DNA of 64,000 nucleotides from Lama glama. Taxonomy: Eukaryota. The notes below the pieces were generated by a model. It was not told where the DNA came from. It saw only the letters and a program-made list of their open reading frames with translations, and did no database searches. A program made the translations under genes and the position numbers. The DNA is taken from assembly GCA_028534125.1 (NCBI GenBank), contig CM052817.1:97776001-97840000 (forward strand). The letters run 5' to 3'. Shown here one piece after another: positions 39,921 to 51,450 of this stretch (position 1 is its first letter; every line of letters starts with the position of its first letter).

Positions 39921-40349
39921 CTTTTACTGAAGACCATGATTTCCTAGTATATGTCTAGTCCTCGTTTAGAAAACCCTATGCTTCTAAATACTTTTGGGAA
40001 CACTTGGTGGCAGAAGAATATGATTGCTCTGATTCAAAGATAGTTAAAAGCACACAGCCCATTAGCCTTGAAAATCAGATCTTTTCTCATGAGGCAGAAA
40101 AAGAGCCCAACTCAGGGGTGTGACTTCAGAACAACCAAAAGGCCCTCTGTCAAAAAGAATAGACATGTCAACCAAAGTTGAACCATCACCCTACTGCATT
40201 TCTTCACTTCTTACAGAAAAAGCAAAAATTGTTGCAGGGTTTTGGGTGAGAGAGGGAGAGAAGAGTAAACTGGAGGTTGAGGATTGGGGAGGTGGGAAGC
40301 TGGAGAGATGGGATGGAACCCAAGGCTTTAAGCTTCATTTATTACGTGT

Positions 40350-40452
40350 GAATCATTTGAGAAAAGGAACCATGTTTCATTCAACTCCTCCAGCATCTAA
40401 CCCAGTGCCCAGCACATGGCTCCTATCCCATTATTGTTTGATGAGTTGAATA
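40350..40452 (+). mobile_element. L2 3' terminus
   Basis: 'ccagcatctaacccagtgcccagcacatgg...attgtttgatgagttgaat'. Confidence 0.65.
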
Positions 40453-40634
40453 AGAGAGATTTTCAGGTCTTTTTACTAGAAAAGATTTAGGAAGAGAAAG
40501 AAAAAAGAGAATCTGAAAATCCTAGTTGTTGGGGTCAGGGGTAAGAGTCAGCAGGTAGGATTTTCAGGATAGAGGGAGAATAAAAAGAGATGAGAACTAC
40601 AAGATACGAGTAATAGAGTAATAAAGTAATAGTA

Positions 40635-41050
40635 TACTACAGCACAGGACTTTGGAGTCAGGGGGAATCAGTCCCTTCCTCCAATAACCAGATAACCATG
40701 GGACCTTGTATAAAGTATTTAATCTAGGTCTCATTTTCTCATCTCTAAAGTGGGAGCTGATAATTCATTCCATCCTTGCATCCATCCATCTGTCCTGCAT
40801 TCACACATCCATGTAATTGATAGCTGTAGGGATGAGGTAATGCATGTCAATTACTTAGTACACTACCTAAAACATGGAAAGCACCCAGAAAATGACCATT
40901 TTTTAATCATAATCCTCACTACATCTCTGTGATGTAGGTACTATCTTCGTTTAACAACGTAAATAACGCTTATAGAGAATGACTGGCTTTCCCAGGATCA
41001 TGTAACTGGTAAGTGATGGTGGTTTTGTCCCAGGCCCTTCGCTATTGTAC
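40635..41050. mobile_element. Tail-to-tail MIR fragments (+ at about 40635-40890, - at about 40900-41050)
   Basis: 'ggactttggagtcag...tctcattttctcatctctaaagtggg' then 'aatcctcactacatctctgtgatgtaggtactatc...cccaggatcatgtaactggtaagtgatgg'. Confidence 0.7.
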
Positions 41051-41466
41051 TGTATTAATTATTTGAAAAGACTCACTTCAGAGCCTTCACAAGAAGAGAA
41101 TATCCTGCCCTTGTAGCCTACTGAGCTATGGCTTATCCTACCCTGTTATTCCTGTAGGTGTATTTAACTCTGGGAGATGTTACTGACAAAAAATTTCAAA
41201 TTTAGGAATCACCATATCCAAACTTCTATTTTCTGATTTTGCATGTTTTATTGCATGGTTATAAATTCTCTCTTTGCATTTCCCTAGCAGATGCCAAGTA
41301 GAAAGAGGCTCAGACATTGGCAAGAAACTGGCTCATTACCAGCCCCACATTATCTGCCTTTCTCTCCTTGCTCGCCAAGGCAGTGGTTGATCCTTTGCTT
41401 TATTTGCGGCAGTTTAGTTTAATTTTTCATTATGACAGGATTTTGTCTCCAATTCTTTACTTGGAG

Positions 41467-41861
41467 CACGGTTCTCAAAACTTTTTTATTCTGTTATTCC
41501 CTTTGAGGGTTTCCACAACCCTGAAACGTACCTTGAACCACTTGGTTATCAAAATAAAAGTGTGGGAGAATAATTCCGTTGTTGGGAGGAGAAGCAGGTG
41601 ACGTTTTTACTTTTCCTGACACTGAAGAAGGGAGGAAAGCACCCCGGGGAAGGTAGGAAGTGATTGGAATGCAGGGTGGGCAGGAACTCAGGCCTTACGT
41701 TTCCAGAAAAAGAGAAGGAAGCCCGTGATGCAAAGGAAGAGATTGTGCTGCAAATCTAAAGCCGCCCTTGCTGGACAGACGCTAGGACTGTTGCAGCTCT
41801 ATTCCTGTGACTCCCCGGGGATATCCCTGGGGGAGCATGGCATCCTCTTTGAGAAATACTG
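41467..41861. mobile_element. Probable ancient hAT-Charlie non-autonomous element
   Basis: Inverted termini 'cacggttctcaaa' and 'tttgagaaatactg' resemble Charlie TIRs (CAGTGGTTCTCAAA); interior not assigned to a family. Confidence 0.45.
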
Positions 41862-42810
41862 ATTTAAAACAAGCAGTTTTTTCTCCCTTTGTCCGCATTG
41901 CCTGCCTTCCATCTCAAAAACCCTCGCTCCCCACTTCTCTCCTCCCCGTTCTGGCCATCAGTACCCTCCCACCCCAGCCCTGGTCCTCACCCACTCCTAC
42001 TTGGAGAAATCCAGTGACTCAGTCTGTTTTGCTTTGGTTTTTCAAGTGGCCTCCCTCAGAACCCCATTGCTCCTGCAGCTAACTTTGCCCTCCGACACAG
42101 AAAGCCTCAGTGACCAATTCAACGTTCGTCTTTTATACCACGTGTAGCTGAATACTGCTGGGGTTTTCGTGTTATATGGGTGTGCAAAATTTAGCTGGCA
42201 GCAAATCTGAGCTGGCTTTCTCTTTAACTCGCTCTCTGTATTGGTACCTGGCTTTCCCGGCTTGATCTAGTGGCAGCTGTTTTTCTCTCTGACTTCCCCC
42301 TTCAGTTTCAGTGAAAATAAACTACTTCCTGACTTCAGCACCTGGCCGTAGAGTAACGTTATCCTGAGTGAGTAGCTTAACTACGGAGGGAGAGGAAGTG
42401 AACGTTCAGCGTTGTCTGCCCGCTGTGTAACGTTTGTGTTTTACTTTGGGATGAAGAACTTAATCGGCTTCCAAGGGCATCAGGCTTATGTTTTGCCCCT
42501 GCACAAGGCTTGTTGAGTCGTCCCTGAAGGTTCAGCTGCCACCAAGGCTAAATACGTTTGCGGCTGGCCCCCGCCACGTGCTCGTTCCAGCGCCCTCCCT
42601 GCTGTCTGGTTCTCATCGTCCTCCCTAAGGCCCTTTGCTTTGTGATCTGTCACTGAGAGTTCTCTCATCACTTCTCCACAGTTTCCCATTCCAGCTGCAG
42701 CAACAGCCTCACACCCAGTGAGTCTATATCGTGACACCAAGTCAACATTACGTCCACTTTACTGTCTTTTTATGTCTGTATACGATTCGAAATTGCTTTT
42801 CCTGCTCGTT
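41570..42810 (+). promoter_or_regulatory. CpG-enriched candidate promoter/enhancer with possible non-coding first exon
   Basis: About 39 CpG by hand count in about 1.25 kb; AP-1 TGACTCA 42015; CACGTG 42139 and 42575; ETS ACTTCCTG 42324; PU.1-like AGAGGAAGTG 42391; IRF-like TTCAGTTTCA 42301; donors GTGAGT at 42368 and 42718. Confidence 0.55.
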
Positions 42811-43772
42811 TCAAAACTCTGTGGATTGGCCACACCCTGCATGTCTATTTACTTGTATTGCCTGCTTAGACATTATCATTTTCTGTACCATCTTCTCCTC
42901 TCCTTGCACAGTAAAGCTTACCCTGTCTCTGAGTCTCCCATTTAGGCAGTCTCTCCTTCTTTTTCTTACTGAAAGCAAGACAAAGCCATTTTTTCCTCTT
43001 AAAACTTAGCTTTGATCTTTCTCGGACAAAAGGAATGTATGATGTGAGAAACTTCTTATTCTTTGCCCAACGGGTAAATCTTTTTTTAGTCCTCCTTCTT
43101 TCTCTTTTCTCTTCCTTCAAAATAATTCTGTCTGGTAAGTCTGTCCTTCTATGTGCACATTTACCTTATAATGTAATCTGACACTTAAACGTGGTCCCTC
43201 TTATGTCATAAGCAATTTTAAAATCTAAATCTTTAGCAACAAATACTAAGACATTCAGTATCAATTGCCTGAATGCAAAACTCTAAATCAGCATTAAAGA
43301 ATAAAAACACAATTCACCATGTAACAAATTATTTGCGCTCATTTTCCAGTCTCTGAGTTAGCCTTAAAAATGATCCATATGCCAGGATTCTAGCTGACTT
43401 GTTTGGTGTAAACCATTCACCTGGGTGAGTGGATGATCTTTTCTTTACAACATTAGACCAGTACATAATCAAGTGTACCTGGATGTTCTTTAACAGATTG
43501 GCTTAGGTATAGAATATACAAATCACTTGTTTCCCCTTTTATCCTGAGATGATGTGGATTCTTGCTTGTGCCCTTAGACAATTACGCTAAATGTGATGCT
43601 TATGATGTCACCATAAAGGGTTTTTCTGCCAAGGGCAGCTTGTGGGGACTTACTGATGTCCCCACAACATCTGAAGTGACAGCAGAAACAGAAGAGGTTG
43701 AAGAAGCTAATAAACATTTTTTAGATGGAACCTGTTTGCATTTCCCCATGATAGCTGGCTTTAAAATATAGA

Positions 43773-43800
43773 AAACAAAACAAAACAAAACAAAACAACA
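43773..43800. repeat. (AAAAC)n microsatellite
   Basis: Read directly from the sequence. Confidence 0.9.
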
Positions 43801-43989
43801 AAAAAGGAAAAGCTCTAAATTTCTACAGGGTTTATCTACCTCCCTAGCATGTTTTCTCTTTTTTGTTCTAAATTCGCTTTACTGTGGCCTTAGTCACTTC
43901 TAGAGCAGTGATCACCTGTGGGGCAGAAGTGTGGGGAGCAGGAGGAGCTGGGGTGTGAAGTCACGTGGAAGCAACAGCCCCTTATCTGT

Positions 43990-44140
43990 ATCTGCAGGAT
44001 TGACTTCACTCTCTGGGCCTCATATTTTCACTAAGTAAAATGAGAATAACAATTCTGAACTTCCCATCAGGGGTATGAGATTGAAGATAATGTGAAAACA
44101 CCTATCAATGTCTAGAAAATAAAAGGTATGAATCAAATAT
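43990..44140 (+). mobile_element. MIR fragment
   Basis: 'tgacttcactctctgggcctcatattttcactaagtaaaatgagaataacaa'. Confidence 0.7.
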
Positions 44141-44629
44141 TATATTAGTTTATTAATTTGGACTATTTGCCATATTCGTGAACTGATGCCTGCATCGACT
44201 TTGTAGGGCTGGACCCAGGCAGACGGAGTAGTGCAGCCTTAGTGTGATGTCTGGAACACTGGAAAGGTCCAGAAATGCTCAGAAATCACTTCCTGACATA
44301 TTGGCCTGGTGTCTCTATTTTCACCTTCAGTATGTTCTTACTTTACCTTAATGTTCAGTTTCTTGTTAACATGTAAGCACCATTAAGAGGATTAAGACTT
44401 TGTTTTATCAATGATTACCCTTTGATATGAATGGATTTATCAGAGACTTTCCTTTTAGGGGTTTTTGATTAGGAACAAAGTAAAGAGAAAGAGGTTTAAG
44501 GTTCTGGGATTCTGGAGCCTGAAAGGTTAGGAAAGAGCTGATGGAGGTTGGTTAAAGGAGTGATGCCTTGAGGGTTGTAGGGGTAAATGGTTGCTCAAAG
44601 GCTCTTCTTTTCACATTTGGCTACTGAAT

Positions 44630-44796
44630 TAAGGCATCAAATCCCATTGTCCGTCAGAATCACTCAGAAGTTTTCGCAAAATACCAACAGAGGCCCCACA
44701 CCTCAGAGATTAGGATTTAATTGGTTGAGGAGGGCATCTCTAGTGTTTAAAAGCCCCTCAGGCAATTCAAATGTTTTGTAGAATTGAAAACCATGG
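44630..44796. mobile_element. MER5A-like hAT-Charlie element
   Basis: 'cagaatcactcagaag...ggccccacacctcagagattaggatttaattggt...tttaaaagcccctcaggcaattc...gaattgaaaaccatgg'. Confidence 0.7.
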
Positions 44797-45229
44797 AGTT
44801 AGAAGAAATAGAGGGAGAGGAAACATTTTTACCTTTGCTAATAGAACCCACAGGTTCTATTTGAGTTAAACCACTGGAAACCCAGTCTCTTAAAAAAGGA
44901 TTTATTTCATACTGGTTTAATTATTTTTAAGACCCACTTTAAAAAGTGAAGCCATGATATTTATTGAGTCAATTCCGCATTTTGTTGAAGGACATGTTTT
45001 AATAATAACTAAAAGATTCTAGGATCAGTTTAGTAATCATTGCAAAGTAACTGCATTGTTACTATTCTTATAGTTTTTGCAGGTCATAAACCTTCTTGTT
45101 TTTCTCTTCATTTCTCAAAGAAACAGAATCATGATAGGATCTTCAAGAAATTCCCCCAAATAACTAATTTGGGTAACAGATTATTGTTTATTGCTTTATA
45201 ATGTATAATACAGCTTTTCATATATTGTG

Positions 45230-45385
45230 ATGATTGAGTAGATTTATTATTACCATCACCATTGGTACTATCTGCAGGTGAGGAAACAAATGGTCAGACA
45301 CTCTGACTTCCCCAGGTTACATGCCGATTTAAATCCAAAACTAGAATTTGACCCAGGATTTTGAGGTTAAAATTGCGTCTTTCCA
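45230..45385 (-). mobile_element. MIR fragment
   Basis: 'gcaggtgaggaaac...tgacttccccaggttacatg...ctagaatttgacccagg'. Confidence 0.6.
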
Positions 45386-45799
45386 CAAACTCATTATTTT
45401 GAATTCCATTCTGTGTTTCTAGATGTTCAGCTGTTATCTTGGTAATTTGGGAGCTTCAACTATTTTTTCTGTACTATCTAGGGATTCAAGGATTATATCA
45501 TATAGGAAATGCCAGAGCTGTAGCTTTCCTTTTCTGGTGTCTGTTATTTTAGAATACCAGAAAGCAGAGTGGTCTAATGAGAGGGTGACCCTAACTCCTG
45601 GTTCAGCCCTGAGATGGTCTTTGTTAATGCTTTTGTCCTGGAGTAATTACTAATAGCTTTCCCTTCATTCTCCAAAGGGTCTCAGTTAGAATGATAAATC
45701 ATACAGTCAACCTGCCTAATGAGTATGTATCAAGCTTCTGCATCTTTATTTTGTAAAAATAAGTTGGGTTTTTTTTCTTAGGGTTAAATTTTTTAAAAA

Positions 45800-46159
45800 A
45801 TTCTTATTGAAGTTTAGTCAGTTTACAATGTTGTGTCAGTTTCTGGTGTATAGCACAGGGTTTCAGTCATATAGGAACATACATATAATTCGTTTTCATA
45901 TTCTCTTACACCATAAGTTACTACAAGATATTGAATATAGTTCCCGGTGCTACACAGTATAAACTTGTTGTTTATCTATTTTTTATATATTATTAGTATC
46001 TGCAAGTCTTGAACTCTCAATTTATCCCTTCCCACCCTCTTCCCCGCCGCTGTAACCAAAATTTTGTTTTCTATATCTGTGAGTCTATTTCTGTTTTGCA
46101 AATAAATTCATTTGTCTTTTTTTTTAAGATTCTACATGTAAGTGATATCATATGGTATT
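45800..46159 (-). mobile_element. Young 5'-truncated L1 3' end
   Basis: 'ttattgaagtttagtcagtttacaatgttgtgtcagtttctggtgtatagcac...gattctacatgtaagtgatatcatatggtatt'. Confidence 0.9.
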
Positions 46160-46259
46160 CCAACAACAGTTTCCACAGTTCTTTTTTTCTGCCATGTTTT
46201 ACTTAGCGCTTCACTGAGATTTGAATATGTAGAGCATAGAGAATAAAGGTAGTGCCAAG

Positions 46260-46520
46260 AATAATAGTAATTTACACTTACTAATCATTGATTTATCTAA
46301 GCACCGAGTTACATACTTTACATCCAAAACCTCATTTAATACTTATAAAAATTTTGGAAATGGGTATTGGTGTTGTCCTTATTTAACAGATAAGCAAAGA
46401 GTATAAATAAGTATGAAGATGTTAAAAAAAAAAAAACTTGCCCTGGGCTCATGGTTGATTGACAGAGCCCGGACTTTTAGGCCATGTCTAATTTCAAAGT
46501 CTAAGATCCAAACCAGTGCT
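46260..46520 (-). mobile_element. MIR SINE
   Basis: 'ctcatttaatacttataaaa...atttaacagataagcaaa...aacttgccctgggctcatggttg...gacagagcccggactt'. Confidence 0.65.
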
Positions 46521-48119
46521 GTAAAACCTGTGGCCCTCTCCTCTCACTCATGCTACAAGAACCGGCTTCTCACACAGCCACAGAACCGAAGTTCTCGTCC
46601 CTACTTATTTGCCAGATGAAGTAGGGTGTAAAAGAGCATGAGAAAAGGAAAACATTCTATTTATTCAACATGCCGTTGGAAACTTCAAATCTCCATAGTC
46701 AGTTGTATCTATAGCAGCAGGAATATCTGTAGAGAGTATAAAAAATTGAGCTGAAAATCTCAACCATTGCTCTCATGTAGACTAAATATCCAGCAGATTG
46801 ATGTCTTACTCTTCATCCATATGTTTTAAAATAGTCTGAACCATTTAAAATCAGTAACTTGGCCAGCAATCTAGAACATTTTGAGTTAACTGAAGCTAGA
46901 CCTACCTTTAATTATTCGCGTGAATCTACTGTAAGAAAGGGACCACAGGACCAAGTCTACAGAAAACAGTGCTCGGCGTGGTTAGCCAAATGTATGTCAC
47001 AAGGCTCAAACATTGTAGGTACACAAATACATAGAAGAAAGATGGGATTCTCACTAAACTATTTGCTCTTGAGCAGAACTGCTGGAAAACGGTGGAAGTT
47101 TGAACATTGGAAGTGGAGGGGAAAAAACTCTGAAACTCTATCTCAGAAGTACTCCCACCTGAAAAAGAAAATCAAAATAGTATGGCCAAAATGACATAGT
47201 AAAGCCAAGCAGAGTTATTTAGGGCTCTTGTTGATGGACTCTTATTTGGTATTAGGAATTACTGAACGTGAACCCTGCCCTCAGGGAAGCCAGGGTAGTA
47301 GTGGTCATGAAAGAAATACGTTGTTGACTATTTTGCGAAGTTTGAGGCAATATTTTGGGAGAGGGCGTTGAGAAAGCTTTCTGAATGTTTGGAGTTGAAC
47401 AACAATTGCAAAGAGGAAGGGCTTTTGCTTTGTGGGCTAAAGGAACGTGGTTGTATTTGGGAATAACGGGCCAGTAATGAGTCAGTGGTCAAAGGAAGGT
47501 GGCTTTGGGGCTGTGCATGGGGCTAGGCTAATGGTGGCAGTGCAGAGGATGGCGGAAACGAAGGCAGCAGTCTCAATGTTAAAATTATTTGAGGTCAGCA
47601 CCAAACACTAAGCAAGAAAGTGGGGAATGGTGACAAGTACCATATGGTGATCATGAAATATTCCCATCATCGGCATTGAAGATTCTGATGAATTTGGAAA
47701 ACAAACTAAAGGTCTAACTTGAATAGACCTCGATTAAGAGATTTCGTAGAGGGTATAGAGACCCTAGACGAAAGGTGAATAAGGAAGTGCCTCATACTGG
47801 GGAGAAAGCAGAGCTATATAATCTTTACACAAGTCAGCACGAATCTAACTCTTCTTTTTACAGAGGTGAAATAGAAAGCAGATTTTCTTCCATTCAGCCA
47901 AACCAAACACTAATAAAATTGGCCAGCATGAACGCAGAAATAAATCATCCCAAACGTGATTAATGTGCACATGTAACAGAGTTTCTGAAAGCAGGTACAA
48001 AATATATTTTTCCACCATCCCGTAAACTCTGTAATATTTCCATAATTTGAGATTTCAAGAATAAGAAGAGAATAGTTCTAAATGTTGGCTTCTCTGAAGA
48101 GCAGTCATTACAGATGTAT

Positions 48120-49294
48120 TTTCCACCATTCTAGTATCCTATAGACTGGTTTCACTACCCTAAACATCCCCTGTTCTCCACCTATTCATCCCTCCCACAC
48201 CCCAGGCCAACAATTAGAGACACTGATTTTTTTTTTTTACTATCTCCATAATTTTTCTTTTCCAGAATGTCACTTAATTGGAAATATACAGTATGTAGTC
48301 TTTTGGATTGACTTCTTTCACTTAGCGATATGCATTTATATTTTTTCCTTGTCTTTTCATGGCTTGACAGCTCATTTCTTTTTAGCCCTGAACAACATTC
48401 CATTGTCTGGATGTACCACAGTTTATTTATCCATCTACCTACTGTAGGACGTCTTGGTTGCTTTCAAGTTTTAGCAGTTATAAATAAAACTGCTATAAAT
48501 ATCTGTGTGCAAGTTTTTGTGTGAGCATTAATTTTCAGTGTCTTTTAGTAGATAACAAAGAACATGATTGCTGGATCATATGGTAAAAGAATGTTTAGTT
48601 TATAAGAAACTGCTAAACTATCTTCCTAAGTGGCTGTACCAGTTTGCATTCCCACCAGCAACCAATGAGAGTTCCTGTTGCCCCACACTCTCACCAGCAC
48701 TTGATGTTGTCAGTACTCTGGATTTTGGCCATTCTAATAAATATATAGTGACATCTTGTTGTTGTTTTAATTGGCATTTCCCTGATGACATATGACATGG
48801 AACATCATTCCATATGCTTGTTTGCCATTTCTGTATCTTCTTTGGTGAGGTTTCTGTTCTTTAGCCTTTTTTTTTTTAATTATAGAATTTTGCTGTGGGG
48901 AGTCCTCGCAGGGCTCTCTCCGCCACCCCCAGTTTTATTGAGAAATAATTAACATCCATCACTGCATAGGTTTAAGGTGTACAGCGTGATGGTTTCATTT
49001 ACATATGTTGTGAAATGATTACCACAATAGAGTTGATTAATATCCATCATCTCATATTAATATGATAAAAAGAAAAGAAAAATTTCTCCTTGTGATGAGA
49101 ACTCTTAGGATCTACTCTCTTAACTTTTCTGTGTATCATGTTAACTAAAGTCATCAAGTTGTATATTACATCTCTAGTACTTATTTATCTCAGAACTGGA
49201 AGTTTATACCTTTTTACCATCTTCCCCCAATTCCCCCTCCCTTCAATCCCCACCTCGGGCAACTACAAATCTGATCTCTTCTTCTATGAGCTTG

Positions 49295-49356
<62 letters not shown>

Positions 49357-50200
49357 TTTTACTTATTTCATTTAGATTCTACATATAAGTAAGATCATAT
49401 AATACTTGTCTTTCTCTGACTTACTTTGCTTTGCATAATGCCCTCAAGGTCCATCCATGTTGTTGTAAATGATAGAATTTCCTCATTTTTATGGCTGAAG
49501 AGTATTCCACACACACACACACACAGACACACACACACAACATCTTCTTTATCCATTCATCCATTGATGGGCACTGTTATTTCCGTGTCTTGACTATTGT
49601 AAACAATGTTGCTGTGAACATGGGAGTGCAGATATCTTTTTCAATTAGTGTTTTTGTTTCCTTTGGATCTGTTCTTAGAAGTGGGAATGCTGGATCATAT
49701 GGTAGTTCTAGTTTTAGTTTTTTGAGATAGAGTTCTTTGTATGTTTCGTATGACAGTCCTTTATCAGATGTGTCTTTTGCAACTATTTTCTCCCTGTCTT
49801 ATGGCTTGTCTTCTCATTCTCTTGACATTGCCTTTCACAGAGCAGAGGTTTTAATTTTAATAAAGGTCAGCTTATCAGTTACTTCTTTCATGGATTGTGC
49901 CTTTGTTGTGTCTGTAAAGTCATTGCCATACCCAAGGTCATCTAGATTTTCTCCTATGTTATCTTGTAGAAGTCTTATAATCTTGTATTTTATATTTAAG
50001 TCTGTGATCCATTTTGAGTTAACTTTTGTGTAGAGTGTATAGTCAGTATTTAGATTCATTTGTTTTGCATGTGGATGTCCAGTTGTTCCAGCATCATTTC
50101 TTGAAAAGGCTGTCTTTTTTCTTTTGTATTGTCTTTGCTCCTTTGTCAAAGACCAGAGAACTATATTTATGTGTTTCTGTTTCTGGATTCTCTATTTTGC
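48120..50200 (-). mobile_element. L1MC1/2-like fragment (ORF2 3' part and 3' UTR), interrupted by a younger L1
   Basis: Reverse complement of the 32.0-33.3 kb region, e.g. 'ttttcatggcttgacagctcatttctttt'; ORF 49835-50149 (KVNSKWITDLNIKYKIIRLLQDNIGENLDDLGYGNDF) is L1 ORF2. Confidence 0.92.
48931..49726 (-). mobile_element. Laurasiatherian L1 3' end (L1MA9-derived type) nested in L1MC; contains (TTTA)n(CTTA)n at 49295-49354 and (CA)n at 49509-49538
   Basis: 'agttttattgagaaataatt...tttaaggtgtacagc...gtgatgagaactcttaggat...gtacttatttatctcagaactggaagttt...ctggatcatatggtagttct'. Confidence 0.88.
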
Positions 50201-50662
50201 TATTTTTCTTTATTTAGTAGGCTTATAATATTTTTAAATGTATGCTTATATTAAAATAAATACTATTGTGTTTTCTTCTGAATATAAAAAACCAAGTTAG
50301 CAGCTATGATGATAATCAAAGTCCCATGAATGTGAGTAGCAACTCTCCTTGGAAGGCTGCTGAGATTTTAGAACACTTAATCACCAAAGAGAGACCACAG
50401 AAGACTAAGTCAAATTGTGGTGGTCATTGCATGTGCTCTTTCTTCTCTAACTTCAATTTGCAGCCTTGGTCCTCCCCCAAGGTTGGAATGGCCCCAAGGA
50501 CCATTCCCTCAATGTCTTTATGCCTTCTCAAACCATGAACCCTGGCTGACTTTCCATTTCTTCTTTCTGCCTTCAAACAGAAACACCCAGCCCATTTCTT
50601 CTTCCCTCAGGAACATATGTTTTTTCTTTTGGAGATGCTAATAAATGAATAGGCTCAATGTG

Positions 50663-51070
50663 TGTGCAGACAATATTGGTGCTCCACCCAGGACCCCATC
50701 AGTCCCTTCATCCCATTTTGGGGGACTCCTGGCTTTGTGTGCTTTCACTTTCAATAAGCAGTGTCTGTCACTTCAGAATCTCTTTGCCCACAAGAATCTA
50801 GAGATTTACATTCTTCTAGAGTAGGCTTTAAAGAACAGCTGAGGAGTGCAAGATTATAAAAGGCTGGCTCTCTTACCTTGAGTCAGAGACAGTGCTGAGA
50901 CAAAGCTTACTCTTCAAGGTTCCTCTTTTGAATCAGGCATAGAGAATGCTTGGCCTCTTCCCTGTTCCTCTCCTGTTCTCTTCATCCTTACTGATATCCC
51001 CTGGAAGTGTGTACGTCTCTTCCTCATAAATCCCCATTGGGTTCTGCTTCTGGTGTGCCTGACTTGAGGT
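50663..51070 (+). mobile_element. LTR16-family (ERVL) solo LTR
   Basis: Start 'tgtgcagacaatattggtgctccacccagga'; internal 'ggctggctctcttaccttgagtcagagacag'; end 'tctgcttctggtgtgcctgacttgag'. Confidence 0.65.
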
Positions 51071-51289
51071 GGTGTGTTACCTGTTTTAGCGTCATTTATA
51101 TTTTAGCTACGATTACTGAAGACATGATGCTTTAGCTCAAAGGACTTACCCTCTAATGATGGAGTAGCGTGCCCACGTAAGGCAGCGAGGTGTGTGAGCA
51201 CATGCGTGTAAAGAGTGCCCTTAAACTCTGTAGATGATCCCCTAACTGACTACACAGAGGGGGAGATTTAGTTATAGGCATAAGCTAAA

Positions 51290-51450
51290 TCGTATCTTTA
51301 ACTCTATGTTATTGATTTTCTCATCTATAAAATGGGGAAAATCTCCTGATGATATCTTCATGGGGTTGTTGTGAAGTTCAAATGAGATAATAAAATTACT
51401 TAGAGCTTAGTCTGTGCTTAACACATAGTAATCATTCATTAGCATTTGCT
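51290..51450 (+). mobile_element. MIR SINE
   Basis: 'ttttctcatctataaaatgggg...cttcatggggttgttgtgaagttcaaatgagataa...acacatagtaa'. Confidence 0.85.

Noticed and set aside
39999..40014. CTCF-like motif acacttggtggcag
   Set aside because: Mismatches at two informative core positions; expected by chance.
43640..43667. miRNA precursor or intrinsic terminator
   Set aside because: The 10-bp stem is too short for a pre-miRNA, and intrinsic terminators do not apply to mammalian Pol II DNA.
48867..48877. T11 as the poly(A) tail of the nested L1
   Set aside because: It aligns better with the host L1MC's own A-run (aattaaaaaatgggcaaaag-type), so the transduction reading is disfavoured relative to the GC-converted patch.
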